Below the pieces are notes generated by a model. That model was not told where the DNA came from and did no database searches. It saw only the letters and a program-made list of their open reading frames with translations. A stretch of DNA of 64,000 bases, from NCBI GenBank assembly GCA_000320545.1, contig ADNK01002379.1, positions 62,001 to 126,000 of the forward strand, written 5' to 3'. Shown piece after piece: positions 27,513-42,772 of the stretch. Within the stretch, counting starts at the first letter, position 1; every line of letters begins with the position of its first letter. This stretch comes from Bigelowiella natans CCMP2755. Its lineage: Eukaryota; Protista; Cercozoa. The position numbers and the translations under genes were made by a program.

Positions 27513-28889
27513 AAACACACACCGGCAAATGAACGAAGTAAAAGCATTCATCTTCGCTCGGCACTGAGGCGTTCCGCAACGGCCTATTCGCAGCTCGGAT
27601 TTGGCTTGTGACAATCTGCGACAAATAACAAGCGACAAATAACAAGCGACAAATAACAAGCGACAAATAACAAGCGACAATAAGAACAGGGCAGGTCATG
27701 CAGCCCCGCCCTCCTGTTTTCTCTCCTCCCCTCCTCTACCCAAAATCGAAATTTGTTGAACGGTGCGGAGATAAAGGGAGATGCGCGGGGCGCGGCCTAC
27801 AGGTTGTCGAATGCCATTGCTCCATCCTTATCCTCATCGTCTTCTCCAACCGCAGCAGAACTCTTCCCACCACCACCACCACCACCACCACTACTACTAC
27901 TGCTACGAATGTTTTCTCTTTGGCCACGTTTCTTGGAATCTATTGCATCCTTGGCTTTGCTGCGCGTCGTCGGGTTGCTTATTGAGGGCTGCTGATTCAA
28001 CCCAAAGGCCTTGCTCCTGTCATTGAACGTGCCCCTGCTGCTTGTTGCGGCATCACCCGCTGCTATTTGCCTCCCAGATACGCCTGCTTTCTCTACTACA
28101 TCTTCAGCCAAAAACACCACAATGATCATCGTCCAACAGTCACTCATCACCACCACCACCACCACCACCACCATAATCATCATGATCATTGCTAGCTCAA
28201 AGTCCCATGCGCATCATATCAGCATCGTTACGTAAGACCCACCTGGCTGGGCGGTGGCATCGGGCCGTGCATAAATGATGACAAGACGGCGGCGGGGCGG
28301 CACACCCTCGGATCGATGTAGAACAGGCAATCTCAACCTAATTTGGCCAAGACACCGACGTATTGTCGCAGACGAGCAACACGGTGAGACACTGCATCGC
28401 CAACCGTGTTAGTATTCTCAAACTCCAGAAAACATATACAGCCCCCCCCGGGTAGTCGGCCATTTCACACGTGATTGATGATGGCCGTTGAGTATAAATT
28501 TGAGTTCAAGCAGCAAGTGCGTATACAAAAGGCATGTATGGGTATGGTGGAAAGACGTGCTCCGCACGGTGACAACGCCTACCTCTCTATAGCATCGTGC
28601 ACGCGTTTGCGGTCTCCAGCACACAAATAGCACGGAAGTTCCATTCTTGGAGGAAACTGTGAGGTGTTATTACTGCTACCACTGCTTCCTCCCCCCGACC
28701 GATTCTTCCCCCTCTTTTTCTTCTTCTTCTTTCCGCGATTGCGGCTAGTACTCGCCGTCTGCTGACCCCTAGCAACCGAGTGTCGGGATTTCTGTACAAA
28801 GTCTAGGAGGGGGGGGGGGGCGGTGGAGATACGGCGTCTGTTGTGTTGCGGCTTTTCGAGATTTTTCAATTCCCTACATGTATATGCAC

Positions 28890-28931
<42 letters not shown>

Positions 28932-29356
28932 CCCATCACTTACCTAACAGTGTTTTCTCGATTTTCTGCTCACTCCATTCCTCCTCAGCTGGCTGCTGGT
29001 CTCCCTTCTTCTCTTCGGTGCGCCGTGCTGCATCTTGCTTGACACTGCGACAGCCTCCTCTCCCACTGTCCCCCCCCCTGCCTTTTCCGAGACCGCCATC
29101 ATCGCTAGGAGGGAGATGGGAACGAGGGATGTACAACACGAGGAAGGATTTGGATCCTGGAGTTTCTGCTCAAATTAGCAGAAGACGCACACATCAGCCA
29201 TTGAGTTTTTGTCGTTTGAAATGCCAAATAAGGTGAGCAAATGGCTGCTGAGGGATTTCCTTGCACACATCAGCGAGGGGATTGATGCAACGGAAGAAAA
29301 GATAACGAGCCGCTGCGCAAACGATGGCTTGGTTGATGGACGCCCAGCACCAATGC

Positions 29357-29409
<53 letters not shown>

Positions 29410-29479
29410 GACCAGACACACAAACACACAAACACACATAAGTATATGTATATATTTGTTATTTATATTGATAAATTTC

Positions 29480-29520
<41 letters not shown>

Positions 29521-30024
29521 GAAAGGGGAAGGCTCACTGGATACAGTAAGACCAAACTGAAGGAAGAATTTGCTAATAAAACCGGTCACTACCTGGGATT
29601 ACTTCACTGTCTTTGATCTCCTTCCCCCGCCGTAGAATACGCACCTTTGCGCCGGGTTTTACCCTTTGAAAAAAATAATCGATTCACACGCTTGATGATA
29701 CTTCCATACGCCTTAAATTTGTATACATGTGCGTGCGTGCGTGTGCATGTGTGTGTGTGTATGTGTGTATGTGTGTGTATGGGTGCGCGCGCGCGTGTGT
29801 GCATGGGTTTATCCGCATAAGCATAGCGGTGGGTGCAAGAGGTAGCTGCCGCTATTGTCCTTGTAGCTTCCATGTGCGTGCAACCGAACATATGAGGTGT
29901 GTGGTATGTGGTGAGGGGCACGAAACTAACTTGAAATGCTTCATAGCACGCTCCTTTACAGACCCAGCGGTCTCTGTACTCTCGACCTGTAGGCTACACA
30001 CACACACACACACACACACACTAC

Positions 30025-30055
<31 letters not shown>

Positions 30056-31200
30056 GTCGTCGTCATCGTCATCATCATCCGTACTATGGGATTGGTCAAT
30101 ACTACTGCTGCTACAACTACTACTACTTCTCTCACTTACTTGCACGTCTCTCCCTGCAATGTCTTTAACCTCACGGTTCTCTTGGGTGATGAGGAGGCGG
30201 AGTCGGTAGACAAAGACGCGCCCTCATTCTTGGACGATTCATTGCCAGGAATAAGCGATGATTGGTTGGAAGAAGAAGCTCCTGATGTCGTCACTGCTGT
30301 CTCTGAGGCTAATACTGTTTTATGCGTGCTTCTCTCTCCCCCTTCTCCTTCTCCCCCGACTCCCTTCTCTCTCTCCTTAACAGCAGCATCGATTTGGATA
30401 TCGCTTTGGAGGTTGTCTTTGCAATCTTTTAGAGCTTTCTGCCCCCGTGTTTCTTCTCTCACGGCTGCTGCTGCTGTTGGTGCCGTTTCCTCAAAATTGA
30501 CTCCAGTAGCCCCTTTCGTAACCTCGTCCTTATTCTTCACATTACCGACACTGTCCTCCTCCTCCTCCTCCTCCTCCTTATTTAGTCCCTTTTCTTCTTC
30601 CTCTTCTTCTTTTTCTTCTTCTTCTTCCAGCTCATGAGTAGCATTGCGGTAGTCTATTTGTTGTTATTTCCGGTATTTAAAGACACAAACACACACACAC
30701 ACACGCACACACACACACACACACAACTCACTACCCCTCTGCCCCTTCTCATACTTGCTATCACCCGCTCTTGAACATATACATACGCATATACACACAT
30801 ACACACACATAAGCACATAACAGCTCATAAGAGAACAAATGACACAGTCCCCACCCCTCTTTACACAAAAATAATCGCCTCGTTTGACCTCTACCACTTC
30901 TACTACGCACATGCGCCACTTGCTTATCATCCATGCCCATCAACTCACCAGCATGTTCTTCGCAGTAGGAAAGGAGTCGTGATAAGAAAGGATCCGAGCT
31001 CACGGTAGTCGAATCCTACCAATAATAGCCAAAACACAACACAAACAAGTGGGAACCAAGGTGAGACTCACCCACATACTCCTGCCGACTTATAATAATT
31101 TTTCCAATTTTTAAAAACAAAAGGTGCAATACCAACACACAAAAACACAAATACACACACATATATACACATGCGCGCGCGCGCGCGCACACGCACATCC

Positions 31201-31242
<42 letters not shown>

Positions 31243-31380
31243 TGTGTGTGTGTGTGTGTGTGTGTGTTGGTAAGTCGTGTAGCAAACTTAGAACCCACCG
31301 CAATGATGGCGACGTGTCGTTTGGCCCTCGTAATAGCGACATTTGTGCGCCGATTCTCGCTAAGGAAGCCAACCTTGATA

Positions 31381-31427
<47 letters not shown>

Positions 31428-31603
31428 TGGGGGCGGAAAAGGGTGAGCTCACATGGATGTAGCTATGGCACTAAGATAGTGTTAAAATATGCATCCTGTA
31501 ACGACCTTTCGATCTACGTTGCTTCTAACCATAGAGAGTACTATGCACTCCTTTTCTCTTCCTGAGCGGCATATATTCAAACACGAATATATACATATTA
31601 TAT

Positions 31604-31647
<44 letters not shown>

Positions 31648-31876
31648 TATAGATTACATGTATTATATGATACCAACATTTTTATTTACCCATTGACTTT
31701 TTAAAAAAACCGAACATGCGCCAAATTCACACATATACGAGGCATGACGACCTTGAAATCCGTCAACAGTTCCGACCTCGAGATCTCTGAGAGACTCTCC
31801 GAGCATCTCCCGGAGCAGCGTCACCTTGACGAAAAATCATTTTTTACGGTAAAAGAAACATCTGCTCAATGGGCAC

Positions 31877-31920
<44 letters not shown>

Positions 31921-32239
31921 ACACATGCATACACTATCGATGGCGGGCTGTGTGAGCAACTAATTGTTCTGTTAAAGCGCCTCATCAAATTCACCACGGA
32001 AGATCGCAGCAAGTAGAGACACTTGATCTAAGAGAAAGACTCCTCCGACCTGTGCGTTGTATGGCGTGATGATGCCGATTTCGTGGGACCGCAGCCCTGC
32101 ATCGAGCAGTTTCGTTGCATATCGCTACATAGATATTTATTATATCAAATTTCGATCACGATTGGAACAAGACAACGGCAGATATTATCTGCACACGTGC
32201 AGGTTCATAACCATCAAGATAGGCGTGGATTGCGGTCTT

Positions 32240-32272
<33 letters not shown>

Positions 32273-32590
32273 ATCATTATCATTATTATCATCATTATCA
32301 CTATTATTCGTAGCAGTGCTTGAGACGCACGCACCTTCACCAGCTCGGCCTCGTCCCGATTTGATCTGCGCGGAAGGATGCCATAACAGATGGTTGAACG
32401 ACATCGTCAGCACTCAAATGGGTGATAATAAACTTCAAATTGCATGTAAAGGGCGCAGTCTTTCTAGCAAGCAGGGAGGCTTTTGTTGATAATTGGAAGT
32501 ATGAATTAACAACACGGCGATAAAAGGACCTTGATTCTCCCTCTTCAGTGGAATCCTGTGGGCAAACCGACACAAAGATAAACACACACA

Positions 32591-32621
<31 letters not shown>

Positions 32622-33203
32622 CCACACGCGCACACGCGCTGAGAAAGCTTTTGAGCGCTAAAATGTGAGATGAGCGGATTATCGTTCCAACTACATGATG
32701 CGGGTTTTCCAACTGCGTGCGTGCATCTGTGTGTGCGTGTATGTGTTTTGTATTCAAGTGATTCCGACCTCCTCAAAACCGCATCCAGCAGTATCGATGA
32801 GCACCATGGCCTCCCTAGTCCGGTTGATATGAGAGAAGGGGGGGGGGGGGGGGGGAAGGGAGGGGAAGATTTTACTGTCTTACGATGAACGTTGCTCACC
32901 ATTTCCTTACACAGTAAACAAGGTTTGGAATAGGCCAGTAAGAAGGCAGGGAAACTCACCTTGTTTCCTCCGTAGATCTTACCTGCGGCAAATCTGCAAG
33001 CAGCCGGGATTTGACGCTCTCAGCCGCGACTAATCGGCCGTCATAAAGCTCCTCACTGGAATAATACACATACACCACCCAGGACTTACGCTTGGGAAAT
33101 TCAAAACCAATGTATCATCACCATAACCAACGGCATCAGCATCCTCAGTAGCAACCGTAGTAGTATTAATACAGTAAATAAAGTAGGTGTGTGTGTGTGT
33201 ATA

Positions 33204-33240
<37 letters not shown>

Positions 33241-33738
33241 TTAATATTGCAAGAGAAAGTTGTTACACCTTGACCACCGACAGATAGTCTCATTCATACG
33301 ATATTGCATCGTTAGCATGTGTGCTGCTGGAGATTTCGCCTCCTGTAGTTGTTCGTACAAAGCAGTGTGTTCTCGATTCTCCTTCCCCCCCCCCTCTCCC
33401 CTCCATTTCTCTCTTGTTGTCCTCCTCCTCCTCTTCCTAGTGAGAGAGTGCAGCCAGAACGCACATGCGCGTTCCACAGTCAAAAGAAAATGGTGAAATC
33501 TTGATATATCCACCAGCAACCACCTCGAATTTCCCCATTAGCTTCTCGAAGAGAGTGTGGCCAAGTCCTCGTTTCAATGCCTCGTCAGAGGAGACGACCT
33601 ATGGGAAGGGGAGGGGAAGGAAGGTAGAGGAAGAAGAAAAACGAAGAGTATGAGAAGCAAACAGCAGGCTAACGAGAATACGATTGATCTTATGTTTGTA
33701 TGTGTATATGGATAGGTGTGTGCGTGCGTTGTTCCCCG

Positions 33739-33781
<43 letters not shown>

Positions 33782-33894
33782 TTTATGTATATAATCAAGT
33801 TGATCATAATTTTGTTGTTCTTGCACTGACCGGAGGAAGCTGCTTATGGTCTCCAGCTAGAATCACATTCCCTCCCTAAGTTAACATGAGCACA

Positions 33895-33952
<58 letters not shown>

Positions 33953-34184
33953 AACACATACTGCACGTGTGTGCATGTGTGTTGAAAATAAGAGCTGAAT
34001 AAGAAAAGATATGCTTAAATGTGCGCAATTCAATGTGTGGACAATTGCATGTGCATGGGCCATCCTATTCACGTGCTGTTTATCTGCTGCTCATCATGTT
34101 CAAATCAAATGGAACCTAGCTTCCAACATCGTCAATCTTAGCTATTGCTGTACACTAACCACACACACACACACACACGTATTT

Positions 34185-34224
<40 letters not shown>

Positions 34225-34836
34225 GCACCTTTAACATTGGAATCCAAGTCGAAGGTTCCAAAGACCTTGCGTATCACACGCATTTGTCCATTATATGATG
34301 ATGATGAGGAGGAGGGGGAGGATGAGGAGGAGTCATGGGAGGGGAGGGCGCAGGAGGTAGGAGGAACTTACTGTGCTGCTTCATCAACAACGATGAGATC
34401 AAATCTGATGAGGCGAGGGAGGAGGGTGAGAAGCCAAGAAAACAAGCCAGAAACATTGGGAAAGCAATGCAGATGCCGTACCCCGGTCACTACTACACAT
34501 GCGCATATTCTCATCCAAACAACGCGACGAAGGGATGCAAACCAGCAGGGTGGTCCAAAGACTACAATCGAGAGAGAAGTAGCACTACAACAAGCTCAGT
34601 CGAGGCCACCTTTTATTCCGCAGCTCTCTCCCAGCCGCACCTAGTATCAAAGGCACCACCCGTGTGTTATCACCTTCGCATGGCCGCGTGTTGCGTACGC
34701 TTGCGAAGTGCGAATACCATTCATTCACATCCATGCATATCGAAGTGCAGGATGCTGATTTGATTCAAAGACAGCACCTGCGTTGGTGGAGAGTACGACA
34801 TCTGCGCCGTCGATGGACCTATGATACACACGGCAT

Positions 34837-34888
<52 letters not shown>

Positions 34889-34967
34889 ATAAATTTACAA
34901 TAAGCACATTTAAAGTAACTAAGAGAGACCTTTAGGTAATGAATATATTGTACTGCGAGTGAATGTA

Positions 34968-35004
<37 letters not shown>

Positions 35005-35341
35005 ATAATATCACATACAATCCAGCGGCCTTCCGCTCATGGTTTCGAATGTCTTTTCTGGTATAGTAGCAAATACACATAACTTACACACACACACACA
35101 GAGACTTCGCTTTTATTTTATTGCACTTCCCCTTTTCATCTCACCCTCCCCCCCCTCCGTCCGCCTAGTACTACTACTACTACTACTACTACGACTACTA
35201 TTGTTAATGGCCCTATTACCGCAAGGCCTTGGCCTCGAGCCAGAGCTCTCGCTTTTCATTGCGAGCAGCAGCCTTGATTAGTGTTGTTTGTTTCCACCAT
35301 CAGGCATTTGGTGATGATGACGACGATGACGACGACGATGG

Positions 35342-35374
<33 letters not shown>

Positions 35375-35601
35375 GGCTGATAACAGTAAATCTGCAGCCC
35401 TTCGCAGCCCTCCCCGCCCCGCGTGTCTTTCTCCCCTCCCTTTTTACGCGTGAAGATTCTTGACTACGAAAAAGGCACGGGTTGTATCCGTTGGTACCAC
35501 CTTCTCCTCGGATGTCGTAGCTCTTCGCTTGCTCAAGTTTTGTGAGTTTAACCTTGCTATGCGCTTGAACGTTTTGTCGAGGTCCTGTGGGGCCAGTCGG
35601 G

Positions 35602-35635
<34 letters not shown>

Positions 35636-36231
35636 AGATGGGGACGAAGGTGATGATGATTGGTGATGATGAGGATGGTGGCGGTGGTGGTGGTGAAGGC
35701 AAACTAGCGGTGACGATGTCATTATAGGAATTCAAGTGAGGAGGAAGTGGGGCATGTATGCTAATGATTCTGCTGGATAAGATCCCATATAATGCTAGGT
35801 GTAAAAATAATGGATTGAATTGCCAACACATATCAGCAGCACCTCTCTCAGCGCCCTGGCCACAGAGGCACCTTTATATTGTTGTTATGGTGTGCATAGA
35901 TATTCAGATCTCTCTCCCCTACACCGAGCCGAGAGAATAGGGGAGGAGTGGGTTGATGCTTTTGTTGGGTTGTGAGAGAGCTCGGTGCTCGCAAGTGCGA
36001 ATGGCGCTGACACGCTGTGTGTGCGAGCGTGTATGGTATGTGGGTTTTTGTGTGTTGTGTGTTGTGTGTTGTGTGTTGTGTGTTGTGTGTTGTGTGTTGT
36101 GTGTGTGTGTGTGTGTGTATGCTTTATGTGAATTTGTGTGTGTTTTTGTTTGTGTGTGTGTGTGTGTGTGTGTGGTATGTTGTGAGTTATGTACTATCTG
36201 AATCCCGAACGACGGAATCTAGCGAATGCCT

Positions 36232-36273
<42 letters not shown>

Positions 36274-36765
36274 ATATATTTATATATATATATATATATA
36301 TATATACATTTATCTATTTCCAACCCCCTCCACGTTTTGGTGAAAAAGATATCTTTGAACACCGATGATTCGAAACATATTGCTCCCATGTATGCTAGCG
36401 TCCCCCCCTTGTATGTATTCATTGCCACGTTAATGCCATCAATGCTACTTTGCTTTGACTGAGGGAGTCACTGATTGATGAAAATGCTTAAGATAGCGTC
36501 TCCCCCCCCCCCCCAATTCTTCATCTCAACCTTCTTTTACCTTACAATACTAGGAAGCATTCTTGCGGGGTGTCCTATATACATATTATCGTACGTTTGA
36601 AAACCATTGATGATCACGCATATATTTTGTCTAAAAGATACTATTTGCGTATTGGTGCTGATTTCCCGGCTCTGCGCTCAAACTGTGTATACGCGAATGA
36701 ATACAGTCGGTGCGGCATAGATGCTGTCGGATCACTGTGCCATTGGAGAACCATGTGTAGTAGTG

Positions 36766-36798
<33 letters not shown>

Positions 36799-37764
36799 AT
36801 AGTAGTACCCACGCGGACGACTTTGATATGGCGTCCTAGCCTCTCGCATAGGTTGTCCACCTGCAATGAAAGAGAGTCTCGCATAAATAATGTATAATAT
36901 CATATACAAAATACTTCGTTTCCTCAGCTGTCCACCCCCCCCACCCCCCCCACCCCCAAGTTCTCTCCTCGAAGCTCAATTACCGCTATATTAGACGAGG
37001 CGCATGCCAGCACCCTTTTACCGTGCGCGACAGCCTATAAATCATACATCAGTGAGGGTACCAGATATTACGCACCATCCAAGGCAAACCGCGCAAAACA
37101 CGCTATTGTCAAACAGGAAGAGATAACTGAAACCCAAGAAAATAAGTCTCTTGGTTTCTGGCTGGGCAAAAAGGAGGGAGGGGGGGGTTGGGAGGGGGAA
37201 GCGATTGGAGGCACAGAAAAAGACATATAAGACTGTGGAGGCGTCTAAGAAGGGATACGCTACATATGATAAAGACGACCTGATGAATGCACTCTACCAC
37301 TGTAGTCGTTTTCCCCGTCCCTGGAGGGCCATGGATAAGCAGCAGACTCTCCTGATGAGATAGACGACGCAATAACGTTAGCCCATATAAGCGTGCACTC
37401 TCTTCAAAGGGCACATGGAGTGAGCAGAGGGGCCTCATCCGTTCCAGCCGCGAGCAAACGTACACGCGCATATCAGTGTGTTTAGCTCGGAAAACCCACC
37501 GCTCGCAGACTGAGATTGACCGCTTGCTTCTGCTGGTCATTCAAGCCCGTGTTAACGAATTGGATCTTCGGAGCCTTCGCTTCCTGCGGAGAACGGCCGC
37601 CGGCTGCTGAGTGCTGGCGGCGCGGGGGGGGGGGCAGATCTTGGGAGAATACGGGCAGCTTTCCAGGCACAAAGCGGATGTCAACGATGCGACGTGTGAG
37701 CTCCGATATTTCTGTTTTGTACATTTCGGAATGTGCTTACGGCATTCAGAGTGCACAGGTTGGT

Positions 37765-37817
<53 letters not shown>

Positions 37818-38341
37818 ATTCGTTATATCACGTATTCTATTAGTTTATCTAAGAAATGTGCAGAAGGCGCTCTTCTTCCCTGGCCGCCGGCCCTCTCCTC
37901 ACCTCTGTCACTAGACGCTGATGATGACACCCGGGAGAGGTCTTTAAGAGCTTTACTGTTTTGATATGGATGGGGAGCGTAAATGTACCATGCGAAGGTA
38001 TTTATTCTACTGCCACTCTGCATTCTCACATGATTAACTTTTTGACGAATAACCTCCTAATTACATGAAACCAACCCCCCCCTACCCTCCCCCCGCTCAA
38101 AAAAATCTCTCCATTCCTCTTTCTTATCGTACGTCAATCTTCCATATGTGACATCATTAGAGAGCTTGACGAGCGACACGGAACGACCAACCAAATCCTT
38201 CAAGAAAGGGGGGGGGAGATAGATTGGATGATGCTTTCAAATTAATAGCAGGAGCATGCGTGAGAAACAAGCTGCTTTGTGCGTTGAATTTTGAAGGTGC
38301 GTCTTGTTTGTGTGGGAGAAAGAGAAAAAGAGAGAGGGGTG

Positions 38342-38378
<37 letters not shown>

Positions 38379-38430
38379 GAATATCCTCTCTCAGATAGGT
38401 TTGTCAGGTATGAATTTCACCCTCCTCCTT

Positions 38431-38474
<44 letters not shown>

Positions 38475-39159
38475 GCCACCTGTAACATGCCGTGCGCCTC
38501 CCCGTCAAAAGCGACCACGAGCTCCGTCTGGCTTCGTCTGTAGATTATTCCTCGGTTCTCGTCCGAAGACGAAGAAGCGGCGTCGTTTCCATTGCTGCTA
38601 CCTCTACTCTTCAGAGAACCACCTCTGCCGCCGCTGCTTCCATTGCCTCCGCCTCCTAAGCCATCGGAAGTGCTGTCGAGTAGCCGAACTCCCCGGTTGG
38701 TAACCTTGCAAAGCTGCACCAAATCTCGGTTGCGGAAGGAGGTGCTGGGCAGGAGCTTTCCTTCTTGCATGGGCGTGACGGACAGCATGCACCGTCCATA
38801 CAAACCCGTGTGGATTCCCGAAGCACGCAGCTTCGTGAGGCAAACACCCTTCGCCTCAAGTTCTTGCACTGTTTTAAGCTGCCTGTGCGACTGAGGGGAG
38901 GGGGGGGGGGTAAACAGCAGCTCAGTTAGGGGGGAAAAGGTCAGAATGGATACAGTCGTTTGGCATTTAAAAAAAGTGTAAACCGCCAGCGAAAGAAGGC
39001 ATCATCGGTAGAAGAAGAACCTCAGCAAGTCGTATCTCCTCCTGCCTCTCGAGCTCCAGCAGCTTCTGAGCCTGAGAGAACAAGCTGGTGTCAGCATGGC
39101 TAGTACGCATTGCACGAGTTCCTGTTGTTGAGGCAAACCTTTGCTACGTATTTCTCCAT
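26557..39159 (-). CDS. IGHMBP2: IGHMBP2/Hcs1-like Upf1-family SF1 helicase with R3H and AN1 zinc finger
   Basis: MEKYVAK|AQKLLELERQEE; GLNDQQKQAV; LIHGPPGTGKTTTVVECI; LACASSNIAV; LAGDHKQLPP; LTMQYRMNETI; IGIITPYNAQV; TVDGFQG; VGFLSENRRTNVAITRAKRH; R3H (DRKRVH..LHRSEG); AN1-type C..C..C..YCSQH...HGC; RG-rich tail ending at TAG 26557-26559. Confidence 0.92.
27618..27680. repeat. 14-bp minisatellite (GCGACAAATAACAA) x ~4.5 in a helicase intron
   Basis: Exact tandem copies visible in the sequence. Confidence 0.9.
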
Positions 39160-39644
39160 CTTGGTCGCCGTTCCTATTCCGACGTGGTTTGTTTTTAACT
39201 GCTCTGCTCAGCTCGACGAGCCGGCGGCTGCTAGTTTCAATTCGGAACGTGGGGAGGACAAGAAAGCTTTTTCTGTCGGGAGTACGAGTAGTGTCCTTTT
39301 ACAGGCCGTTATCATATCTGCGACAAACAAAAAAGAATGGGCACGTTTATGGGTGCTGTTTCATGGCTGCGACATGATCTCAAACCCATTTGACCTAGTG
39401 ACTCAATCATTGGCGCATGTGAGTCGTCTGGCCTTCGTTTTTTCCTTGCGACATCAAAAAATAAAAAATTACTGGAGAATCAGAGGAGATTTCTTTCTTC
39501 CCATTTGAGCCGCATTTGAGTTGTGTCTGACATCGTGTCTGATACATCTTCCGATGTTTCAACCGCGAAGAATGCACTGTCCATACGGTGTGCTACCAAA
39601 ATTGTGAGCAAGGGCACAACAGGCGAAGGCAGTAAGAGCTAGTC

Positions 39645-40016
39645 ATGTCAGCAGATGTAATTGGAAAATCCGGTGGCTTGCTGGTGACGTTCTCGGACCG
39701 CAAAACACCGCTTAGGATGACAAAAGCCTCAATCAAAGTGTTTGTGAACGGAATGCACATCGAGGTAGCAAATAGTTGCTGAAGGAGGGGGAGTGGGTTG
39801 ACGATTGTTTTATCGAGAATGTTGATAAGTAATATTTGCATGTTCGACGCTTCCCAAAGGTTCGCCAACGCTTGACGTTCTTCAATCCACACAATAAAGC
39901 TCTCGAGGGAGAGCTTGTGCTGCCCCTTCCAGAACGAGCCACCATTTGCCGCTTCGGTGCGTGCGTGTGTGTGCACATAGTACATTTGCCTTTTCGTCAC
40001 AGTAATGTTGGTCCAA

Positions 40017-40067
<51 letters not shown>

Positions 40068-40069
40068 TC

Positions 40070-40123
<54 letters not shown>

Positions 40124-42725
40124 CAACCCTTGCCCCCCTTCATTAGGCAAGATAGACCCGGAAACCAATAAGACAAACTGGGCGACTGTCGTCACAAAGG
40201 AAAAGGCTCGAGTCGTATTTGAGACAGAGGTGCGGACCGGCAAGAAGGCGGCCATGGTGGAGAAGATAGAATCTGCTGGGAACCTCTATAAGACACGTAT
40301 TTACCCCATCCCCCCCCAATGTGAGCTCACAGTGGAACTCTGGCACTTCGACTCCCTCGACTACGGGCAAGTGGCATCCTCCTCCATCAGTAGTTCCAAA
40401 GCGGAAGACAACGGATATTGCTCATTATCGAGGAGAAGGAGGCCTAATGGCACCGCCGTCGCCGCTGCTGCTACTGCTGCTACTGCTGCTGCTACTACTA
40501 CTACTACTACCACTACCACTATGGCATCATGGTTTAACCTCCCTGACTCACTCGTCGGCCACATAGCTTGCTTTCTCGGACCTAAGAGTATCTCCCGCTT
40601 ATCTTGCGTGAACAAGCGTGTGCTGAAGGTAATGAGCCCGGCACTTATCAGGCTCCCGCTCTATTGTGCTGGGCTCGCGCAATCGGTGGAAGTGACCGTC
40701 ATTGCGGGATCGGTGGGGGGGATCGGGGACGAAGAGATCTATGCCTTGAAAGCGGGGTCTGCTTCGACGTCGTGTCTTCCGCTCATTAGGTCAGATGATG
40801 CGAAGAAACAGCTGTTCTGCTCAGTCAAAAAGCCGGGCGCGGCCGCATGTATCGGCGTGGCCGTCCCGTTTTTAGTGGGAAACCAAGCATTAGTCAATGT
40901 GCAGCGCCTCGAACAAAGTGACAGCGACGATGACAGCGAAGCAGTAGCAGCAGTTGCAAAAGCAGCAACCGAGGGAAAAGTGGCGCCGGAGACAATGACG
41001 GCTGCCGTGAATGGAAACAAGAGAGGGCACAACAGAGAACTGGAAATGGTGGTGGATGATAATGACGAGGATCAAAAAAAGGGATTGGGGCGAGGAGAAG
41101 AAGAAGAAGAAGAAGATGATGATGATGATGATGAGCGAGAGGAAGAAGAGACCTACTTCTCCATCCTGGACCGCCCCCTTTCCGTACACTACGCTCCGGA
41201 AAGAAGCAGCAGCAGCAATAGCAGCATCGGGATTATCTGGGACACGTCTTTAAGCCGCGACATAGATTCTGAGTCAGAAAAGGCGCTTCTGCTCGAACGC
41301 AGGGTCCTCGAAGCATTTCTCCTTAAAAACACTAGTAGCAGCACCAAAATGTCGCTCTACTCGTTCTCAACGGCCGTCACGCCTTGCGAGGGCGTGCAGG
41401 GCGTCGATACGAAGACTCTACTTCAGGCCGTGGATGCACTTAGGTATAGAGGAGCAACGAAAATGGAGGCGCTGGCCACGGTGCTGATGAACGAAGAGAC
41501 CAATGGCGATTGCGACGGCAGGGCCGAGATGTCTGCTACCACTACTACCACCACCACAACGACGATGGCTACTGACCACGACTTTTGGGTGATATTTACG
41601 GACGGCGTGGACACGCTCGAACTGCTGCCCGACGCTATGGCGCCAACGGCTACAGCAGATCCAACGCCTGCAAAGCCCTGCTACATCCTCACCGCCTCGA
41701 GCACGGCCGACCGCGCCTACCTTCGCGCTCTAGCGCTCCGCTCAGGTGGGCGGTTCTTTGATCTCCTGAAGGCAAGGGAGGTGGCAAGGGCCCCGCAACT
41801 GATAGGCCAGGCTTGGTTTGGCTTCCTCGGTGCAGCGTACGACGCGCGGCAAATCTCGAGCCTACACCCCAGCGGTGCACGGCCTATGGCCCTTAACGAG
41901 AGGCTCGCCGTAACTGGCAAGCTTGCCAGTGGCACCAAGGCGACCAGCGTTGTCCTTCATTACGGGGTATACGGATTAGAACCAGTTCTAAGCCGCAGGA
42001 TCACCATAGTTGCATCCTCTCCCTCCTCAGAAAGGAGAAGAAGAGGAGGGGCGAGGGGGGGGAGAGGCACTAATGTGGCAAGAGCCTGGGCTGCAGATGA
42101 GGTGCGGCGCATCGAGGGGGGAGGGGCGCTACCGGAGCGATACGCGAAGATGGGCGTGGAGAAGGGGAAAAAGAGGATCTTCATCGACCTCGGCCGCAAG
42201 TTTAAAATCGTGACCCCAGGGACTTCAATGATTATGCTAGAGAAGCTCTCACAATTCATACAACATGATGTCACACCTCCCACATCCTCGGCATTCTACA
42301 AGGAGTTCATACAGAAGCAGAGGGCGGGGACTGAGGCTGAGGAGGCACAGGTACACTTTCTCATGGGATGACCCCTGTCGTTGTTGCTGCCTTTTTCAAA
42401 TTTTCGCAGCTCTGTCCTCCATCTTCCGTCGACAACTCTCCATATAAGTTATAGTAGACCTCATCACTTGGCAGTATTAGGGGGGTGCGTGGGATGACTG
42501 AATGATGACAACTACGAAGCATGATAAAGATGATGTGATGACGGCGATGATGGTGGTGGCGGTGATGATGATGATTCATCGTAACAAGGAGGATCAGGAT
42601 GGCCTCACATGTTTTGTGTTGTTTTCTCGTTTCTATACCTCTAAGGTCAACGATGATGATTACTATACCAATATCAATTGCTGATATGATACTTTCCCCT
42701 CTCTTTCTTTCTTGGTTTCCTTCTG

Positions 42726-42772
<47 letters not shown>

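Noticed and set aside
27618-27680. CRISPR-like array (also 60844-60893)
   Set aside because: Contiguous tandem units without spacers, no cas genes, eukaryotic context.
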